Shown here: positions 58,953 through 64,000 of the stretch, piece after piece
Position numbering within the stretch: position 1 is the first letter of the stretch
How the letters are laid out: every line of letters begins with the position of its first letter
Origin: an uncultured Chromatiales bacterium
GTDB lineage: Bacteria > Bacteroidota > Ignavibacteria > SZUA-365
Assembly: GCA_964635845.1 (NCBI GenBank)
Contig: CAZWNO010000002.1
Location: 44,901 to 108,900 of the forward strand
DNA: 64,000 bases
Direction: 5' to 3'
Made by a program: the position numbers and the translations under genes
The notes under the pieces: generated by a model
Databases searched by the model: none
What the model saw: the letters and a program-made list of their open reading frames with translations, nothing else
What the model was told of the DNA's origin: nothing

Positions 58953-61793
58953 ATGCCGGAAAAGAAAAGCACAGCGAAACGGGGAGCTCGATCACGCACG
59001 ACGGACACGGCAGCCGCGCGCGGAGCATCGTCACTCGTGATCAAGGGTGCGCGTGTCCATAACCTGAAGAACATTTCGCTGGAACTCCCGCATAACCGCC
59101 TGATCGTCATCACCGGTGTCAGCGGATCCGGAAAGTCGAGCCTTGCCTTCGACACCATTTATGCGGAAGGCCAGCGCCGCTACGTCGAAAGTCTCTCCTC
59201 GTATGCGCGGCAGTTCCTCGAGCGCATGAACAAACCCGATGTGGATTTCATCCAGGGTATAGCTCCTGCCATCGCCATCGAACAGAAAACCACAGGCCGC
59301 AATCCGCGCTCGACCGTCGGCACGACGACGGAAGTGTACGATTATCTGCGACTGCTCTTCGCGCGCATAGGAAAAACCTGGTGCAGGAATGACGGCGCGC
59401 TCGTGCAGCGGGACTCAGTGCGCACAGTGATGGAATTCATCGAGTCTCTGCCCGATGGAAGCAGGCTCTACGTGATGTTCCCGATGCACACACACGAAGG
59501 GCATTCCATCGACGAGGAAATCGACAACCTTCGAAAGCAGGGCTTCATCCGTATCGTGGTCGGCGATACATTGATCAGCCTTGATGACGTCGACCACGTG
59601 CAGGCCACCCCGAAAGAGATCCTGGTTCTTGTGGACAGGCTTGTCTGGGAACGTGGAACCGATACGTCACGGTTGTCCGATTCGCTGCAGACCTCGTTCG
59701 TCGAAGGCGACGGAACCATGCACCTGCGCGTCCTGGACAGCGGCGAGGAGCGAGGTTTCACTGCGCACTATGAATGCAGCGTCTGCAGGACCGCCTATTC
59801 GGAGCCCGAACCGCAGCTCTTCTCTTTCAACAGTCCCGCGGGCGCATGTCCGACATGCCAGGGCTTCGGACGCACTACGGGCATCGATCCGAATCTGGTG
59901 ATCCCCAATGGGAACCGGACCCTGGCCGAGGGCGCCGTGCAGCCATGGACGACGCCGAAACACGGCAAGCATCAGCGCGATCTCGAACGCGCAGCGAGCG
60001 CCGCCAACGTCCGTCTCGACGTACCCTGGCGCGAGCTCAGTGACGACGAACGCGATTTCGTCTGGAACGGCAATCGGGGCTTCAAGGGCATCCGCGGTTT
60101 TTTCGCGATGGTGGAATCGAAGAATTACAAGATGCATTACCGTATCCTCATGGCGCGGTATCGAGGCTACACCGTATGCAACGCATGCGACGGTGCCCGA
60201 TTGCAGCCTGACGCGCTCGCAGTGCGCGTGGCCGGCAAGCATCTCGGGGAACTTGTGCGCATGCCCATTGACCGTCTGCATCGCTTCTTCGAAAAGGTCG
60301 AGCTCACCGAGTTCGAAACGGACGTGGCGGGGCGGATCCTCACCGAGATTCGCAAGCGACTGCGCATACTCACGGATATCGGACTGGGTTACCTGACATT
60401 GGACCGGCTGTCACATACGCTTTCCGGCGGTGAGGCGCAGCGTATCAACATCGCGACGTCGCTGGGCTCGGCGCTTGTGGGATCGCTGTACGTGCTGGAT
60501 GAACCGACCATTGGCCTGCATCCGCGCGACAACAGCCGTCTCATCACCATCCTTCAGTCGCTGCGTGACAGCGGCAACACCGTGCTCGTCGTCGAGCACG
60601 ATGCCGAGATGATGCGCGTAGCGGACCTGATCGTTGACATGGGGCCGCAGGCTGGCGAGCATGGCGGCGAGATCATCGCAATCGCACCCATCAATGATCT
60701 GAAGAGGAACAGGCAGTCGCTGACCGGACAGTACTTGAGCGGCAAGCTCGGCATCCCCGTGCCGAAGAAACGCAGGAAAAGCAAGGCATCCCTCGGCATA
60801 CTGCAGGCGCGGCAGAACAACCTGAAGAACCTCGACGTTTCGATCCCGCTCGGCGTATTGACATGCATCACTGGCGTCAGCGGTTCGGGCAAGAGCACTC
60901 TCGTGGGGGACATTCTCTACGCCGGATTGAAAAAGGAGTTGGATGGAGCCTATGAAGAAGAGATCGGGAGTTTCGCGGGTTTCTCCAATGTCAAGAAAAT
61001 CAGGCACGTCGAGATGGTCGATCAATCACCGATCGGGCGCACCCCGCGTTCAAATCCGGTAACATACCTGAAGGCCTTCGACGGCATTCGCGACCTGTTC
61101 GCATCAACTCCCGCATCCAAACTGCGCGGTTACGCGCCGGGAGCGTTTTCGTTCAATGTTCCCGGCGGCCGCTGCGATGTCTGCGAAGGAGACGGCTTCA
61201 TCAAGGTCGAAATGCAGTTCATGGCCGACCTCTACCTCGAGTGCGAAGCCTGCAAGGGGACACGTTACAAGAGAGACATACTCGAAGTCCGCTACAACGG
61301 AAGGAACATCGTCGACGTCCTGGATATGACGGTCACCGAGGCGCTTCAGTTTTTCGAACATGTCCCACGCGTCAGCAACAAGCTTCAGGTTCTCGACGAC
61401 GTCGGCCTCGGGTACATGCGGCTCGGCCAGCCCGCCACGACGCTGTCGGGAGGCGAAGCACAGCGACTCAAGCTCGCCCTGCATCTGTCGTCCCGCGACG
61501 ACGGACACACGCTCTTCCTCTTCGACGAACCCACGACCGGCCTCCATTTTCACGATGTACGCAAGCTGCTCAGCTGTTTCGAGGCACTGATCGACGCTGG
61601 GCACAGCGTCCTCATCATCGAACACAACCTCGATGTTATCAAGAGCGCCGATTGGATCATAGACCTCGGTCCCGAAGGCGGCGAGGACGGCGGATATATC
61701 GTCGCGGAAGGTACACCCGAACAGGTTGCCGCGAATGAGGCAAGCTATACCGGACACTTTCTGCGCGACGTCCTTTCGTCCGAGCGCGGATAA
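58953..61793 (+). CDS. uvrA: excinuclease ABC subunit A
   Basis: Two ABC ATPase modules ([25 protein letters not shown]), zinc fingers ([26 protein letters not shown]), LSGGEAQR signatures. Confidence 0.95.
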   Translation: MPEKKSTAKRGARSRTTDTAAARGASSLVIKGARVHNLKNISLELPHNRLIVITGVSGSGKSSLAFDTIYAEGQRRYVESLSSYARQFLERMNKPDVDFIQGIAPAIAIEQKTTGRNPRSTVGTTTEVYDYLRLLFARIGKTWCRNDGALVQRDSVRTVMEFIESLPDGSRLYVMFPMHTHEGHSIDEEIDNLRKQGFIRIVVGDTLISLDDVDHVQATPKEILVLVDRLVWERGTDTSRLSDSLQTSFVEGDGTMHLRVLDSGEERGFTAHYECSVCRTAYSEPEPQLFSFNSPAGACPTCQGFGRTTGIDPNLVIPNGNRTLAEGAVQPWTTPKHGKHQRDLERAASAANVRLDVPWRELSDDERDFVWNGNRGFKGIRGFFAMVESKNYKMHYRILMARYRGYTVCNACDGARLQPDALAVRVAGKHLGELVRMPIDRLHRFFEKVELTEFETDVAGRILTEIRKRLRILTDIGLGYLTLDRLSHTLSGGEAQRINIATSLGSALVGSLYVLDEPTIGLHPRDNSRLITILQSLRDSGNTVLVVEHDAEMMRVADLIVDMGPQAGEHGGEIIAIAPINDLKRNRQSLTGQYLSGKLGIPVPKKRRKSKASLGILQARQNNLKNLDVSIPLGVLTCITGVSGSGKSTLVGDILYAGLKKELDGAYEEEIGSFAGFSNVKKIRHVEMVDQSPIGRTPRSNPVTYLKAFDGIRDLFASTPASKLRGYAPGAFSFNVPGGRCDVCEGDGFIKVEMQFMADLYLECEACKGTRYKRDILEVRYNGRNIVDVLDMTVTEALQFFEHVPRVSNKLQVLDDVGLGYMRLGQPATTLSGGEAQRLKLALHLSSRDDGHTLFLFDEPTTGLHFHDVRKLLSCFEALIDAGHSVLIIEHNLDVIKSADWIIDLGPEGGEDGGYIVAEGTPEQVAANEASYTGHFLRDVLSSERG

Positions 61794-61827
61794 CAACGTC
61801 ACTCATACCCATCCGCGGAGAACACGT

Positions 61828-62196
61828 ATGGCACATGGCATCACTTGGTTCGAGATTCCTGCGCTGGGATTCCAGCGTGCGAAGAAATTCTACGAGACCG
61901 TGCTGGAAGTACCTGTTCACGAACAGGAAGTCGGTCAGGCGTTGATGGGCTTTCTCGGCACGCACGAGGACGGCATCAACGGCGCCATCGTGGCGCATGA
62001 ATGGTACATTCCTTCCGAGCATGGCGTCCTCATCTATCTCGATGCGGGAGAAGATCTCAATCCCATGCTCGCGCGAGCAGAAGGTGCAGGAGCGACTGTC
62101 ATCATCTCCAAGACACGGATATCTGAAGACATGGGGTATATGGCCGTCTTCCGCGATCCCGAGGGAAACCGCATCGCCCTGCACTCGAGAAAGTAA
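61828..62196 (+). CDS. VOC family protein (glyoxalase/bleomycin-resistance fold)
   Basis: 122 aa. HGITWFEIPA..FRDPEGNRIALH, typical of small VOC proteins. Confidence 0.72.
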   Translation: MAHGITWFEIPALGFQRAKKFYETVLEVPVHEQEVGQALMGFLGTHEDGINGAIVAHEWYIPSEHGVLIYLDAGEDLNPMLARAEGAGATVIISKTRISEDMGYMAVFRDPEGNRIALHSRK

Positions 62197-62204
62197 GCTG
62201 CTCC

Positions 62205-63095
62205 ATGCCGTTCATCGGAGAACTCAGTGCGCTTCTGACCGCCTTCCTCTGGTCGGGTACCTCTGTCGTCTTTACGGAAGCCACGACGCGCGTGGGATCG
62301 ATTCAGGTCAACATCACGCGCATGGTGCTCGCGCTTGCGTTCCTGCTGCTGACCGTATGGATTTTCGGATACGATTATTCGATGTCCGCAGGTCAACTGG
62401 GCAACCTCACATTGAGCGGGATCATCGGTCTGGTGCTCGGAGACAGCTTCCTGTTCGGCGCCTTCAAGGAGATCGGTGCACGCATCTCCATGCTCGTCAT
62501 GTCGATGGTGCCGGCCATCACCGCGGTACTGGGTTTCGTTTTTCTCGGGGAAACACTCTCGCCGTTCGGCATCGCCGGCATGGTCATCACGATGGCGGGC
62601 ATCGCCGCGGTTGTGCTCGAGCGACGGTCCGACGCCGCATCCAAATTCCGTGTCACGTATAAAGGCCTGATTCTCGCACTGCTCGGCGCTCTCGGACAGG
62701 CCTCCGGACTCATTTTCGCGAAGTTCGCATTGAATGAATCGCCGCTGCACGGGATGGTTGCGACAACGGTGCGCATCGCCGCGGCGATAGCGCTCTTCCT
62801 GCCCGCGGCCATGCTCTTCAAATGGTATCGGAATCCCTTCCGCGTGTTTGCCCGCGACCCGAAGGCGCTCGCGTATACGACAGCCGGTGCGGTACTGGGA
62901 CCCTATCTCGGCATCACGTTCAGCCTGGTTGCCATCGCGAACACCAAGGTCGCCATCGCCACGACCATCATGGCGCTGCCTCCGATCATCATGCTGCCGC
63001 TCGTCCGGGCTGTCTACCGCGAACGGCTGACTCACCGCGCCATCGCCGGTGCTGTCGTCGCCGTTGCCGGCGTCGCCATTCTATTCATGTTTTGA
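62205..63095 (+). CDS. DMT superfamily transporter (EamA-like, 10 TM)
   Basis: Two EamA-like halves. Hydrophobic throughout. Confidence 0.8.
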   Translation: MPFIGELSALLTAFLWSGTSVVFTEATTRVGSIQVNITRMVLALAFLLLTVWIFGYDYSMSAGQLGNLTLSGIIGLVLGDSFLFGAFKEIGARISMLVMSMVPAITAVLGFVFLGETLSPFGIAGMVITMAGIAAVVLERRSDAASKFRVTYKGLILALLGALGQASGLIFAKFALNESPLHGMVATTVRIAAAIALFLPAAMLFKWYRNPFRVFARDPKALAYTTAGAVLGPYLGITFSLVAIANTKVAIATTIMALPPIIMLPLVRAVYRERLTHRAIAGAVVAVAGVAILFMF

Positions 63096-63153
63096 GCGCA
63101 GCACCTCCGCGAATCCCTTTCCATCGGCGATGTAACCGAATGCGAAATCCTGA

Positions 63154-63939
63154 TTGATCCTGACACCACCGATTACCGGAGACGCCATTCCCGACCTCAT
63201 CACATACCTCCTTCTCCTCGCAGCCGGATTCCTCGGAGGACTCATTGATTCGATGGCTGGAGGCGGCGGATTGATCACCCTCCCCGCACTGATCGCCGCC
63301 GGGCTTCCGCCGCATGCCGCGCTCGCGACGAACAAGGTGCAGAGTGCGATCGGAACCACTTTCAGCACCCTCCGATACCTGCGCAGCGGCTATGTGCTGC
63401 TGCGTCTCGGCATCACCGGCTTTGCGAGTTCGTTCCTCGGGTCCTACGCAGGCGCCTGGACCGTTCTCCGTGTGCCCGGCTCGTCGCTCGAGGCGCTGAT
63501 CCCCATCCTGATCGTCATCGTCGCGGCGATTACCTTCCTGCGCAAGGACTTCGGCGTCAGCGATCACCGTATCACCGTCGGACGTCGTCATTATCTGATC
63601 GCCATCGCATTTGCCTTTCTTCTGGGCTTCTACGATGGATTCTTTGGACCGGGTACCGGATCATTCCTCGCCTTTGGCTTCGTGCTCCTATTCCGCTTCG
63701 GATTTCTCCGCGCCACCGCATATGCGAAGCTGCTGAACCTCGCCTCGAACTACGCCGCGATACTCGCATTCGTACTCGGAGGCGATATCGCCTGGGCGGT
63801 GGGACTGCCGATGGGACTGGCCAACATCAGCGGCGCATGGACCGGCGCCGGGCTCGCGATCAAAGGCGGCACCCGCGTCATCAAACCGGTTTTCGGCGTC
63901 GTCCTGCTTGGCCTTCTCGTAAAGATCACTTTCTTCTGA
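63154..63939 (+). CDS. sulfite exporter TauE/SafE family membrane protein
   Basis: GGLIDSMAGGGGLITLPALIAAGLPPHAALATNK and a second repeat with GPGTGSFL, typical of TauE/SafE (DUF81). Confidence 0.8.
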   Translation: MILTPPITGDAIPDLITYLLLLAAGFLGGLIDSMAGGGGLITLPALIAAGLPPHAALATNKVQSAIGTTFSTLRYLRSGYVLLRLGITGFASSFLGSYAGAWTVLRVPGSSLEALIPILIVIVAAITFLRKDFGVSDHRITVGRRHYLIAIAFAFLLGFYDGFFGPGTGSFLAFGFVLLFRFGFLRATAYAKLLNLASNYAAILAFVLGGDIAWAVGLPMGLANISGAWTGAGLAIKGGTRVIKPVFGVVLLGLLVKITFF

Positions 63940-64000
63940 TTTTCCCGAATACGAACGGCTGATGGCAGATTGCCGTCGGCCTTTCGCGATCGGCGGTCCA

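Noticed and set aside
62034-63035. 333-aa minus-strand ORF
   Set aside because: It is antisense to the EamA transporter. Its product is Arg/Asp/His-rich, as expected for the reverse frame of a membrane-protein gene.

Overview
High-GC (about 62% by eye) bacterial chromosomal window, densely coding with short intergenic spacers. There are no transposases, integrases, CRISPR arrays, rRNA or tRNA genes visible. It opens with a conserved housekeeping block on the + strand: an LCP-family protein open to the window edge, gap, pgk, a rhomboid protease, ispG and a ComF-family protein. Other core genes are scattered through the window: class I fumarate hydratase, gmhA, NDH-2, lgt, htpG, a peroxiredoxin, corA and uvrA. 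Between them lies an unusually secretome-rich stretch. Nine proteins end in a roughly 80-aa C-terminal domain of the Por/T9SS sorting type. It is also peptidase-dense: S9, two tandem giant S8 subtilases fused to Asp-box beta-propellers, S46 (DPP7-like), an S15/CocE-NonD hydrolase, an ACE-like M2 peptidase and a second gluzincin. The most unusual modules are: (i) a four-gene + strand operon encoding a planctomycete-type cytochrome-c-like lipoprotein with a non-canonical CX4CH motif, YceI, an outer-membrane-type protein, and a CxxCH plus Ca-binding T9SS cargo protein; (ii) an ECF sigma factor followed by an anti-sigma-like protein whose C-terminus resembles an outer-membrane beta-barrel, then two VWA proteins, one of them T9SS cargo. 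A Lys/Ala-repeat histone-H1-like gene built from about fourteen 15-bp tandem repeats, a standalone CBM48 mini-protein and a homopurine/homopyrimidine mirror repeat are also present. Many clear hairpin plus T-run terminators delimit the transcription units. The T9SS tails, the Lys-Ala histone-like protein and the S46 peptidase together suggest an FCB-group-like lineage (Bacteroidota, Rhodothermota, Ignavibacteria or Gemmatimonadota-like) with high GC; this is inference only. All calls come from reading the supplied ORF translations and the DNA. No database search was run.
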